From: Blepharisma stoltei ATCC 30299
Lineage: Eukaryota; Protista; Ciliophora
Length of the DNA stretch: 64,000 nt
Direction: 5' to 3'
Assembly: GCA_965603825.1 (NCBI GenBank)
Contig: CBFDEM010000055.1
Coordinates: 434,001 to 498,000, forward strand
A program made the position numbers and the translations under genes. A model generated the notes under the pieces. The model was given only the letters and a program-made list of their open reading frames with translations, was not told where the DNA came from and searched no databases. Shown one piece after another: positions 48,149 to 60,677 of this stretch (within the stretch, counting starts at the first letter, position 1; each line of letters starts with the position of its first letter).

Positions 48149-51100
48149 ATGATGTCTCTAATCAAAGATCTTGTGGAGAGATTGGTCTATCATAAATCCC
48201 TATGAAAATTCCTTTTATTTATCTGCTTGCTGAATGACTTAAACTGCTTAGAAATTATTTTGATATATGAAAAAAGCAACATCAGCATAAACAATATAGC
48301 GATTTCGAAGCTATTTGCTAAAACAAACTCCCTTATTGAATGGCATTTATGTGAATATTCTACTGCAGCAATATGCCTTAGTTCTTATGAAAATGCTATG
48401 CTAGTTTTAGATTTAACGAATCGCATCGAAACTCAGTTTTTTGTATCTGAGATATGTAAAGAAAGAGAAATCCCACACTTGGTGTTTGAAAATAAGCTAA
48501 ATTATTTTGATAAATGGACTTTTTCAGTAAAACCATCACCCTTAAAAGAAATAAACGCTTTTATTGCTGTGCTTCGCTATTTTGGATGAACCCAAGGTCT
48601 TGCCATTTACGATGGATTTACGAATATTCTAAAAGAAAATCTTGAAAAAAAAATTGAAAAACTAAATTTTTTAACAATTGAGCCCGATTCAAATCTGAAT
48701 AAATTTGTTAACAGAATTATTACACCTCTTGGTGAAACTCTTTACTATATATTTTTAGATTCTGTTGAGTCATTAAAACTTCAGAGCATTTTAAAGACCA
48801 CAAAACTTCTTGCTAGTGGAAATGGAATTATTTTTAATCAGAAAAGTGGATATGAATGCATTATTGATGGAGCCTTAATTGTTGTCGCCGAAGGACAAGA
48901 ATTAATATCTTCTGATGAAGAATATATGGAATCAGTAATAGAAAATGCGATTTTTTACTTATTAAGCAATGTTAAAACAGAAAACAGTTTGGAAATTTTA
49001 TTTTGGTTAAATACTCTATTAGATAGTCAGAGCATAAATGAATTTTCTTTAGTCAATATTCAAAACGGAAAAAGAATAATAATAGGAAAAATCATGAATG
49101 AAAACTTATTTTTATTTAGCAACATCACATTTCCAGGCAATTCAACAGAAATCCCAAAATCAACAAGAAAAGTGCTACAATTAAGCATCGAAGCTGGTTC
49201 TTCCAATCCATCAGGGCCACCTATCACTATAGGAGCAGTTGGAGGGTATGGCTCATACGCAGCTTGTGACATAATTAACGAACAATGCTCAGGATTGCTT
49301 GATAATTTTCAGATCGATCTATTTAATTTTGACTGTGGTGTAACAATTTATAACTCCACATTTGCTAATGCTTGCTATTTAAAAGACCAAGAAAAGTTTG
49401 GCTTAGGACACATTTCAGCTTGGTCTTCAGCAATGACAATTGGGTCAATGAAATCTTTTGCAAAGCTTAATTTAACGTTCCCCATTGTAAGTGCTTCAAA
49501 TAAAGATGCCATTTTTAATTCAACCCCAAATTATCCAATGTACATGAGAATTCAGGCTTCATTGTCTTATATATATTCTTTAATCCCGATTTTTATCCGA
49601 GCATTAGGCTGAGAAAAAGTTGCTGTTCTTTACCAAAATGATACGTGAGGGCAATCTGGGTATTATTTTTTTACCCAGAGCATTAAAAGTCATGATCTTT
49701 TGTTGGCCAACCCAGAAAGCAGCAGAGTTATCCCGCCGAATCTTGATAGAGATGGAGTAAAAGAATACTCATATTTACTTCAAGAAATAATAGACTCTCA
49801 AGCAAGATTTTTGGTGTCTATTTTACAATATCCGACTCCTTACTATATATTTGAAGAGCTTTATGATTTAGGGCTAAGAAAAGGAGATCTAGTTATTTTT
49901 ACGACTGTTTCTGATATGACCACATTTTCACAATATGATGGCGAATTCAGAAATAAAATATATGAAATTGCTATTCCAATTATTACTATATATGGACAAA
50001 GCTGAGTAGGGTCATTAGGAAAAAAAGCTTTATCAAGAATTTCAGAGGCATATGATGGTTTAATAAATTCTTACAGTTGTGTATATTTCGACTCAGTTCT
50101 TTTGATTTCTTATGCTTTGGATTTCATGATTAATAGGGGCTTAGATTACACAGATCCAGATAAATTGCAAAAAATAATGAGAAATCAGCAATTTTATGGG
50201 TGCACTGGACAAGTTAACATAGAAAAAGGGTCAAATGATAGGATTGTCCAAACATTTGAGATAGTGGCTAATAAGCTTGGCGAAAATGAAAATATTACAT
50301 CTTATCTAATGGGATATTTTCGGCCTCAAAGTACACAATTAATAGCAATCCAAGAGCCTATGATATATGCTGACGGCTCAACCACAAAGCCATCAGATTT
50401 AAGGACTAGTAGTAGCCAATGCCCTTTTCCTGATAAGCTTATAAAAACATTTGCTAAAGGTAGAATCCTAGTATTTGGGATCTGCTTTACTGTTGCCTTG
50501 ATATCCTTTGCTATTACATTTTATATATGGAAAAAATGATGGAAATTTTCAATTGAGCCATTAACAGTAAAAGAAGAAATTTGTTTGCAAGACATTATTG
50601 TAGCTGTGACCATTATTATTGAATTTTTTCAACTTTCTTCAATGGGGCCAGATTTTTCACCTATTAACTCTACATTGGCTGGAATTAGTAATTTTTTTTC
50701 GCTGAGCTTAGATAATATATTGAAATTAAGAAATGGAGTATTTTGAATTATTGTCAATGCTGTTTTCGGATCAATTGGGTTATGGGTAATTCTGTGCTCA
50801 GTTGTGCTTCTTAGACTTGATGAGAAATTTCCTATGAGCTTTATATTCAGAAATTTAGGTACTTTAGCAGAGTATCTGATGCCTGTTTTAGGAGATCTTT
50901 GTTTTATTCCCTTTATTTCAATTTGCCTTGATATTTTTTTATGTGATCAGTCGATTGGAGATAATTTTACTGACAGTTTTTTATCAGAAGATTGCTATTA
51001 TTTTTGTTGGAAAGATGAACATTTATTTTATGCAATCTTTTCTATTATTGCTTTAATTGCTTATGAGCCCCTTGCAGTTTTTTGTAGGCCTCTTTGGCAA

Positions 51101-51601
51101 GAGCTGCAGCCTATTTTACATGTAAAAGCAGTTCCACTCTTTTTGATGGTAAAAACAATTGTTCAAATTATATTAATTGTGATGAACAAGACAGTAAAAA
51201 GGGCTCAAAATCTCCTTCATGGGGCTCTTTTTATATTAGTGATGGGCCTTTATATTGGTTTTTTATTTAAATTCAAACCTTACAATTATCCAAGATTCAG
51301 TTGATGGCAAACTTTGGTTTCAATTGGAGTAGGCTGGCTTGCCTTAGTTTCAGTTGTTGAGCAAAGTATTGATGCTGGCCCTATTATTTTATTATCAGTT
51401 TTGTGCTTTGGTTTCTTAATCATTGGATTTCTAGGATTATACATCCAAAGAAAAAAATATCCAAGCCTTCTTTTTCGAAAAAAAGGTCAAGATACGTCCA
51501 ATTTATTTAGGTTTGCTTTTTCTTTTGGCAAACATTCGAAAGAAGCTTTATCAAAAATTGTCCCTAGTAGTTTAGCAAATTCATCAAGAAAATTATTATA
51601 A
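48149..51601 (+). CDS. Receptor-like protein 3 (~1150 aa)
   Basis: All track fragments in one frame with TGA=W; collinear paralogue. Confidence 0.85.
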
Positions 51602-52125
51602 GCTAGATTGTAAATATTTTTCATCACTGACCTATTCTTTGAAAACCAAAAATTTCTCTATGGTATTCTTCATTTGGTTAAAAGAAATTTTTTCCTTGCA
51701 AGTTTTTTTTAAGCCTGAAAGTTTCTTTTGAGAAAGTTCTTTCGATTTTTGCTTGTGCTCAGCACATTATATGCGTTTTCTTTCGTTAAATTGATAATTA
51801 TGTAATTATGAATGTTGTTTTTAGACTCTGTGAAAGTGTATAAATAAAGTAAACTCCAGCTATAGTCATAGCCCCATCCATTTTAAAACTGTTGATCTAT
51901 AGTAAATTATAAGTTTATGAAATTTAATTTTATTTAGAATTTTCTAATTTTTCTATTGTATTGAAAATTACACAACAAAGCTATAATATAGCACCTTGGA
52001 TAATTTGTAGTAGGTTTGATATTTAAGATAGCTATACTAATAATGAAGAAAAGCCACGAAATCAAGAAGCTGGCAGAAATGAAAAACGAATATTATATTA
52101 CAGGAGTATAGAGAATTATATTTAA

Positions 52126-52797
52126 TTTAAATTAAAATACTTGCTATATATAGAAAGCATTGACAAAAATATTTCTACAAGCCAAGCACTTCAAGAAATC
52201 ATCCCCAAAATCAATCATAAAATCGAAATCATAAATGCTGAACTAAATTTAATGCGAACTTACAACGATTTATTAAAAAATTCAACATCATTCATTTCCC
52301 AAAAGGCTTTTGAATATTCTAGGCAATACGATTTCAGCTCTAATAATTGATATTTTAGAACACCTCCTTCTTCAGCTTCCCTTAAGCGTAAAAAGCCATG
52401 TGAAAACGCTATAAAGCTTATAGACTGTTTGCATATACTTATGAATTACAAAAATAATGATTATGATCGTTTTTATAAAACTTATGATCTAAGTGTCTTA
52501 TGGAATTTGGATCATCAATGATGAAATTATGCGGTAAGATTGACTGATAAGCAGCTGATGAAAATATCTGAAGTTATTGAAGAACTGGATAGCTGAAGTT
52601 CTGGAGCAAATTGTCATTTGAAAGATATTTATTTATGAATTAAAGGGACGAGCATAAAACTTTTAGCAGTCAGAGCAAAATCTAGCTGTGAAAAGATTAG
52701 AGAAGAAGTAGAAAAAAAGAGAGAGTCAAAGAAAAAAGAGTTAAGATGTCTACAAAGAGAGCTGCTGGATGCTATAGATTTTAAATCTAAAATCTAA
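52126..52797 (+). CDS. Orphan ORF (5'-disrupted or ATG at 52252) with coiled coils flanking a helical domain
   Basis: ~223 open codons with TGA=W ending at TAA 52795; upstream ATG 52043 is out of frame and hits a TAG. Confidence 0.5.
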
Positions 52798-53033
52798 TTT
52801 TTCTTTAAAATTACTAATTTTTTAGTAAATATTAAATTAATTATATTAAAGTTAATCTTAGCTTATGCTGCAATTAAAATTTTCGGATTTAAGCTTTATG
52901 TGCTTAGAAATAAATCGCAACATTAATTTTTAAATAATTTAAGTAATCAATCATATTTTGAATTAGAAGCTATAAATTAAACAATAAATTTATTCACCTA
53001 TAATAATAGTTAAAGTATTTTACCTCTATAATA

Positions 53034-56000
53034 ATGTCGATAACCAAAGATCTTGTGATAAATTTTGACTATCATAAATTCCTATGAAAATTGTTTTTAT
53101 TCGTCTGTTTACTGGATAGTTTTAACTGCTTAGAAATTATTGTGATATATGAAAAAAGCAACTCCAGCATAAACAAACAATGCGTTTTGAGCTTTTTTGC
53201 TGAAGCAAGCTCCCTGGTTGAATGATATAATTGCGAATATTCTGAGGCAACAACTTGCCTTAGTTCTTATGAGAATGCTGTGCTCGTTTTAGATTTAACA
53301 GATCGCATCGAAACTCAGTATTTTTTATCAGAATTATGCAAGGAAAGAGAAATCCCACACTTGGTGTTTGAAAATAAGCTAAATTATTCTGATAAATGGA
53401 CTTTTTCAGTAAAACCATCACCCTTAAAAGAAATAAACGCTTTTATTGCTGTGCTTCGTTATTTTGGATGAACCCAAGGTCTAGTCATTTATGATGGGTT
53501 TCAGGATTTTGTAAAAGAAAATCACGATAAATATTCAGAAAAACTAAATTTTTTAGCAATTGAACCTGAGGCAAGTATTAGTGAATTAGTAAATAGAATT
53601 ATCACACCTCTTGGCGAAACTCTTTACTATATATTTTTGAAAACAGCTGAATCATTAAAACTGCAGAGTATTTTAACGACCACAAAGCTTTTAGCTAGTG
53701 GAAATGGAATTATTTTTGATCAAAAAAGCAGTTATCAATGTATTATTGATGGAGCTTTAATTATAACCGCCAAAGGCCAGGAGCTAATTTCTTCAGATGA
53801 AGAATATATAAAGTCGGCGATGGGAAATGTGATTTATTACTTATTAAGCCATATTAAAACAGAAAACAGTATGGAAGTCTATTTTTGATTAAATTCTCTG
53901 ATGGAAAGTCAACGCAGTATAAATGAGTTTTCTTTAGTTAACATTCAAGATGGGCAAAGAGTAATAGTAGGAGAAATCATTAATGAAAGTTTATATTTGT
54001 TTAGCAATTTCATTTTCCCAGATAATTCAACAGAAATTCCAAGATCAGCTAAAAAAGTTTTAAAGCTTAGCATTGAAGTTGGCTCTTCAAATCCTTCAGG
54101 TCCGCCTATTGCTCTAGGAAAAGTTGGAGGATATGGCTCATATGCAGCTTGTGATATAATTAATGGCCAAAGCTCTGGGCTACTAAATAATTTTCAGGTC
54201 GAGATGTTTAATTTTGACTGCGGTACCTCAATTTATAACAACACATATGCTAATGCATGCTATTTAAAAGATAAAGATAAATTTGGCTTAGGGCATGTGG
54301 CAGCTTGATCTTCCGTTATGGTAATAGGGTCAATGAAATCTTTTAAACAGCTTAATTTAACATTCCCCATAGTAAGTGCTTCGAATTTAGATGCAAGTCT
54401 GAATTCCACCACAATTTTCCCGATGTATATGAGAGTTACAGCATCATTTTCTTATATGTACTCTCTGGTCCCAATTTTTATCCGAGCTTTAGGATGAGAA
54501 AAAGTTGCTGTTATTTACCAAAATGATACATGAGGGCTATCTGGATATCATTATTTAACTCAGGGAATCAAAAATCATCATATTTCTCTCGTTAACCCAG
54601 AAAATACTAGAGCAATTCCGCCAAGTCTTGATCGAAATGGTGTAAAAGAATATTCGAGCCTTCTCCAAGGAATAATAGACTCCCAAGCAAGATTTTTGAT
54701 TTCAATTTTGCTTTACCCTACTGCCTACTATATTTTTGAAGAGTTCTATGATCTCGGGTTAAGACAAGGAGACCTTGTCATTTTTACAACAGTTTCTGAT
54801 TTAACCACATTTTCAGCATATGATTATGCATTTAGTTATAAAATATTAGAAATTGCTGTCCCAATTATTACCATATATGGACAATGCTGAGTCGGACCAT
54901 TAGGAGAAAAAGCATTGACACAAATTTCAAAATCCTATGGGGGATTAATAAATTCTTATAGCTGCTTTTATTTCGATTCAGTATATTTGATTGCTTATGC
55001 TTTAGATTTCATGATTAATAGAGGATTAGATTATACAGATCCTGATAAATTGCAAAAAACAATGAGAAATCAGCAATTTTATGGATGCACTGGACAAGTT
55101 AACATCGAAAAAGGGTCAAATGATCGCATTATTCAATCTTTTGAAATCGTCGCTAACAAGCTGGGCGACAATGGCAATATTACCACTTATATTATGGGAT
55201 ACTTTCGGCCTCAAAGCACACAATTAATAACAATCCAAGAGCCTATGATATATACTGATGGCTCAACTACTAAGCCAGCCGACCTAAGGAACAGCAATAA
55301 TGAGTGTCCTTTTCCCAGCAGGCTTGCAAGAACTTTTGCAAAAGGAAGAGCATTGGCATTCGGAATTTGTTTTGCAGTAGCATTGATTTCTCTAATTATT
55401 ACCATTTATATATGAAAAAAGTGATGGAAATTTTCGATAGAGCCTTTGACTATTAAAGAAGAAATTTGTGTCCAAGATGTTATTTTGGCAGGGACAATTA
55501 TAATTGAATTTTTTCAGTTTTCTTCAATGGGGCCTGATTTTTCAGCAATTGATTCAACATATGCTGATATAAGTGACTCTTTTTCACTAAGTTTAGACCA
55601 TATTTTGAGACTGAGAAATGGAGTCTTTTGAATTGTTGCTAATGCTGTTTTTGCATCTATTGGCTTGTGAGTGATTTTATGCTCAGTGGTTCTTTTTAGA
55701 CTTGATGAAAAATTCCCTATGAGCTTTGTATTTAGGAATTTAGGAACTTTATCTGATTACCTGATGCCTATTTTAGGCGATCTTTGTTTTATTCCGTTTA
55801 TTTCAGTTTGTCTTGATATCTTTTTATGTGATCAGTCTATTGGAGATAATTTTACGGATAGTTTTTTAGCAGCAGATTGCTATTATTTTTGTTGAAAAGA
55901 CGAGCATTTAGTTTATGCAGTTTTTTCTATTATCGCTTTAATCGCTTATGAGCCACTAGCAGTATTTTGTAGGCCTCTTTGGCAGGAGTTGCAGCCTATT

Positions 56001-56483
56001 TTGCATGTAAAAGCAGTTCCACTCTTTTTGATGGTAAAAACAATGGTTCAAATTGCATTAATTGTGATGAATAAAACAGTAAAAAGGGCACAGAGTATTC
56101 TTCACGGAATTCTTTTTCTAATAGTGATGAGTTTTTATATTATTTTTTTATTTAAATTCAAGCCTTACAACTACGCAAGATTCAGCTGATGGCAAACTTT
56201 AATTTTAATTGCTGTTTTATGACTCTCTTTCCTTTCAGTAATCGAGCAAAGTATTGGCGGGAACCAAATTATTCTGATATCAATTTTATGCTTTGGATTT
56301 ATAATTATTGGATTACTTGGTCTTTATGTTCAACATAAAAAGTATCCAAGTCTTCTATTTCGGAAAAAGGGGCAGGACACGTCAAGTTTGTTTGTATTTG
56401 CTTTTTCTTTTGGAAAGCATTCAAAATTGGCTTTGTCTAAAATTGTTTCAAGCTCCAAGATAGGCATGGGATCTTGAAAATAA
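53034..56483 (+). CDS. Receptor-like protein 4 (~1149 aa)
   Basis: Eight track fragments in one frame; ends ..TCT TGA AAA TAA. Confidence 0.85.
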
Positions 56484-56807
56484 ATGACTTTATTATCATT
56501 AATTTTAAAAAATCTAATCTTAAAGAATAAAAAATTAAATTACATAGAGTCCTGATAGGAATATTAACAGAATCCTTTTTTATTATTTAATAACAGTGAA
56601 TAATTAAATCATATATAGAATTAAATCAGCTATCTAAAATGCACATAGAAGAAGTAAAGCGCAGTAATTCGCTAATTAAAATGGATTGGAAATAAAAGTC
56701 TAAATTTTGCTCTTATTTAAAACAATAAATTTTGCCAATAAATGCCATAGTAAATTTTCTTCCTCTTCAATTAAGTAATAAAATTATATAATATTGATTA
56801 ATAAATT

Positions 56808-59800
56808 ATGTCTCTAGTAGATTATTTTGGTGAATTTTTTTGCAATCATCAATCTCTATGGAAATTGGCTTTATTTATTAGCTGGCTGAATCTTTTTAAA
56901 AGTTTAGAAATTATTTTGATTTATGAACAAGGCAATTCTATTTGAAATCAAAAAAATAAATTTGAAGGATTTTCAGAGTTTAACTCCCTTGCTGAATGGC
57001 ACATTTGTGGTTACTCAGAAGCTTTAATCTGCTTAGATATGTATGAGAACGCTTTACTGCTTTTGGATTTGACAGAGCGAATTGAAACTCAATTTCTCTT
57101 ATCTAAATTATGCGAGGAGAAAGAAATATCTCACCTTGTATTTGAAAATAAATTAAGTTATTCTGATCAATGAACCTTTTCAATAAAGCCATCATCTTTA
57201 GAGCAAGCCAATGCATTTCTTTCAGTTCTTCGTTATTTTGGATGAACTAAAGGTCTTACGATTTCTGACGGATTTAAGAATATTTTAAAAGAAAATTTGG
57301 AAGAATACTCAAAGACTTTAGCTTTTATGACGATTGAGCCTAATGCAAATATAGAGGAATTAGTTAATAGGATTATAACTCCACTTGGCGAAACTCTTTA
57401 TTATATTTTTATGACTCCGACAGAGTCCTATAAACTGCAGAGCATCTTAGCGTCGACTAAACTTTTAAATATTGGAAATGGAATTGTTTTAGACCAAGAA
57501 AGTGGATATAATTACTCAATAAATGGGGCTTTAATAATTACAGTAAAGGGGCAAGAGTTTTCTTCTTCAGAAAATGAATATATGACCTCTTCAGTGAAAA
57601 GTATAATTAATTATATATTAGAAAATATTGAAACTGAGACTAAACAAGAAGTATTTTTTATATTGCAATCATTACTAAGAAGCAAGAATCATTTTTCGTT
57701 AGTAAATACCCAAGATGGAGAAAGAGTCGTAGTTGGAAAAATCCTTAATGAAGAATTATTTTTATTTAGTGATATTATTTTCCCAGGAAACTCTAAAGAA
57801 ATTCCAAAATCAATAAAAAAAGTTTTACAGCTTAGCATTGAAGCTGGCTCTTCTAATCCTACAGGCCCCCCTATTACTGTTGGGCTAGTTGGAGGATACG
57901 GCTCATATTCAGCTTGTGAAATAATAAATGAAGATAATTCAAGCTTACTAAATAATTTCCAAATTGAATTATTTAATTTCGACTGCGGGACATCAATTTA
58001 TAACTCCACATTTGCTAATGCCTGCTATTTAAAAGATAAAGACAGCTTTGGCTTAGGCCATATATCAGCTTGATCTTCAGCAATGTCAATTGGGTCAATT
58101 AAATCTTTTAAGCAGCTTAATCTAACATTTCCTATTGTAAGTGCTTCTAATGGAGATGTCACGCTAAATTCTACGGCTAATTACCCAATGTACATGAGAG
58201 TCCAAGCTTCCCTTTCTCTTGGATATTCCTTAATCCCTATTTTTATCAGAGCTTTAGGTTGAAAACAAGTGGCAGTTCTTTACCAAAATGATTCATGAGG
58301 ACTATCTGGGTATTATTATTTCAACCAAAGCGTTAAAAACCACGATCTCTCTTTAATCAACCCAGAAAGCAGCAGAACAATTCCAGCAAATCTTAACCGA
58401 GCTGAAATAAAAGAATATTTATATATCTTCCAAGAAATTATTGGCACCCAAGCACGATTTTTAATTTCAATTCTACAATACCCAATGGCTTATTATATAT
58501 TTGAAGAGTTTTATGATTTAGGAATAAGAAAAGGAGATCTTGTTATTTTTACAAAACTTTCGGACCTTGCTACGTTTGCAGCTTATGATAATTTATATGC
58601 ATATAAACTATATGAGACTGCTGTTCCTATAATTACTATGTATGGACAAAGCTGGGTTGGGCCATTAGGAGAAAAAGCATTATCTTATATTACAAAAAAT
58701 TATGGAGGATTGGTAAATTCATATAGCTGCTTCTATGTAGATGCAGTTTTTTTAATTGCATATGCGCTGGATTTTATGATTAATAGAGGAATTGATTATA
58801 CTGACCCTGATAAGCTGCAAAAAGCTATGAGAAATCAGCAATTTTATGGGTGTACTGGACAAGTTAATATAGAAAAAGGGTCAAATGATAGGATTATCCA
58901 AACTTTTGAAATTATTGTAAATAAAATAGACGAAAATGGAAATTTAACTACTTATGTGATGGGGCAGTTTCGGCCTCAAAGCACACAGCTAATAACAATC
59001 CAAGAGCCTTTGGTATATGCAGATGGCTCCACAACAAAGCCAGCAGACTTAAGAAGCACTGATTATAAATGCCCTTTCCCTGATAGGCTTGTAAGAACTT
59101 TTGCAAAAGGAAGGGCTTTGGTTTTTGGAATTTGCTTTTTTGTTGCTTTGGTTTCTCTAGTGATTACAATTTATATATGAAAAAAGTGATGGAAAATTTC
59201 AATTGAGCCATTAACTACAAAAGAAGAAATTTGTATGCAAGATGCTATTGTGGCAGGGACAATTATAATTGAATTTTTTCAGTTTTCTTCAATGGGGCCT
59301 GATTTTTCAGCAATTGATTCTACTTTGGCTGAAATAAGTGGTACCTTTTCGTTGAGCTTGGACCATATTTTGAAATTAAGAAATGGGATCTTTTGAATTA
59401 TTGCTAATGCTGTTTTTGCGTGTATTGGCTTGTGAATAATTTTATGTTCAGTAGTCCTTCTCAGACTGGATGAGAAATTTCCTTTGAGCTTTGTGTTTAG
59501 GAATTTAAGCACTTTGGCTGATTATTTGATGCCTATTTTAGGTGATCTTTGCTTTATTCCGTTTATTTCAGTTTGCCTTGACATTTTTTTATGCGATCAG
59601 TCTATTGGAGATAATTTCACTGAAAGTTTTCTAGCTCAAGACTGCTATTATTTTTGCTGAAAAGATGAACATTTAGCTTATGCTATTTTTTCTATATTTG
59701 CACTAATAACATATGAACCTCTTGCGGTATTCTGTAGACCTCTTTGGCAAGAGCTTCAGCCTATTCTACATATAAAAGCAGTTCCGCTATTTTTGATGGT

Positions 59801-60266
59801 AAAAACTATCGTTCAAATAACTTTAATTGTAATGAATAAGACAGTAAAAAGGGCTCAAAGCCTCCTTCATGGGGCTCTTTTTATAGTAGTGATGAGTTTT
59901 TATGTTGCTTTTTTATTTAAATTCAAGCCTTTTAACTATGCAAGATTCAGCTGATGGCAAACTTTGATTTCAATTGGAGTAGTCTGATTAGCTTTAATTT
60001 CAGTAATTGAGCAAAGTATTGGCGGAGATTATCTTGTTTTAGTGTCAATTTTGTTCTTTGGATTTATAATGATTGCTTTAATTGGAGTTTATGTTCAGTA
60101 TAAAAAATACCCAAGTTTGCTTTTTCGTAAAAAAGGCCAAGACACATCAAATTTGTTTATTTTTGCATTTTCTTTTGGCAAGAATTCAAAACTGGCATTA
60201 TCAAAAATTGTTCCAAGTGTGACGTCTATGTCGTCACCACGTAAAATTGGAGACCAAAGCCCTTAA
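56808..60266 (+). CDS. Receptor-like protein 5 (~1152 aa)
   Basis: One frame with TGA=W; collinear paralogue; TAA stop. Confidence 0.85.
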
Positions 60267-60677
60267 GTCATAGTACTCTTAACGTTTTATAATAATTAAT
60301 CAAATATAAATAGTGCTTTTATGTAAAATGAATAATTGAATATGAAAAAGTCAGATAAATTAAAAAAAATTACTAAATTTGGATTTTTTAAGATGATTTA
60401 AAAAGAAATTAATATAAATAAATATTTTATAAATAATTAATCGAAAATTATAGAATATAGATTTTTTGTTATTGCGAGATCCCATTTTTGATATTTGTTT
60501 TTCTTTTATAATTGAATAAGTTATATAAAATTAATTAAATTTCAAATAAAAAGCACTTTTATTATCCTAAGTTAAGCACTCCATACCACAAATATTTATC
60601 TTTTTACATTTTTTTAATAATTTGGAATGCTAATCAATGTTTACCTTAATAAAAATCAATAATTTACTGAGAAATTT

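Noticed and set aside
51640-51800. K-rich coding-like stretch on the minus strand of a spacer
   Set aside because: Short, interrupted by TAA, and no recognisable homology
39784-60266. Receptor copies 1-5 as nonsense-riddled pseudogenes
   Set aside because: All interruptions are in-frame TGA at positions where paralogues have TGG or a conserved TGA, and the frames are otherwise continuous
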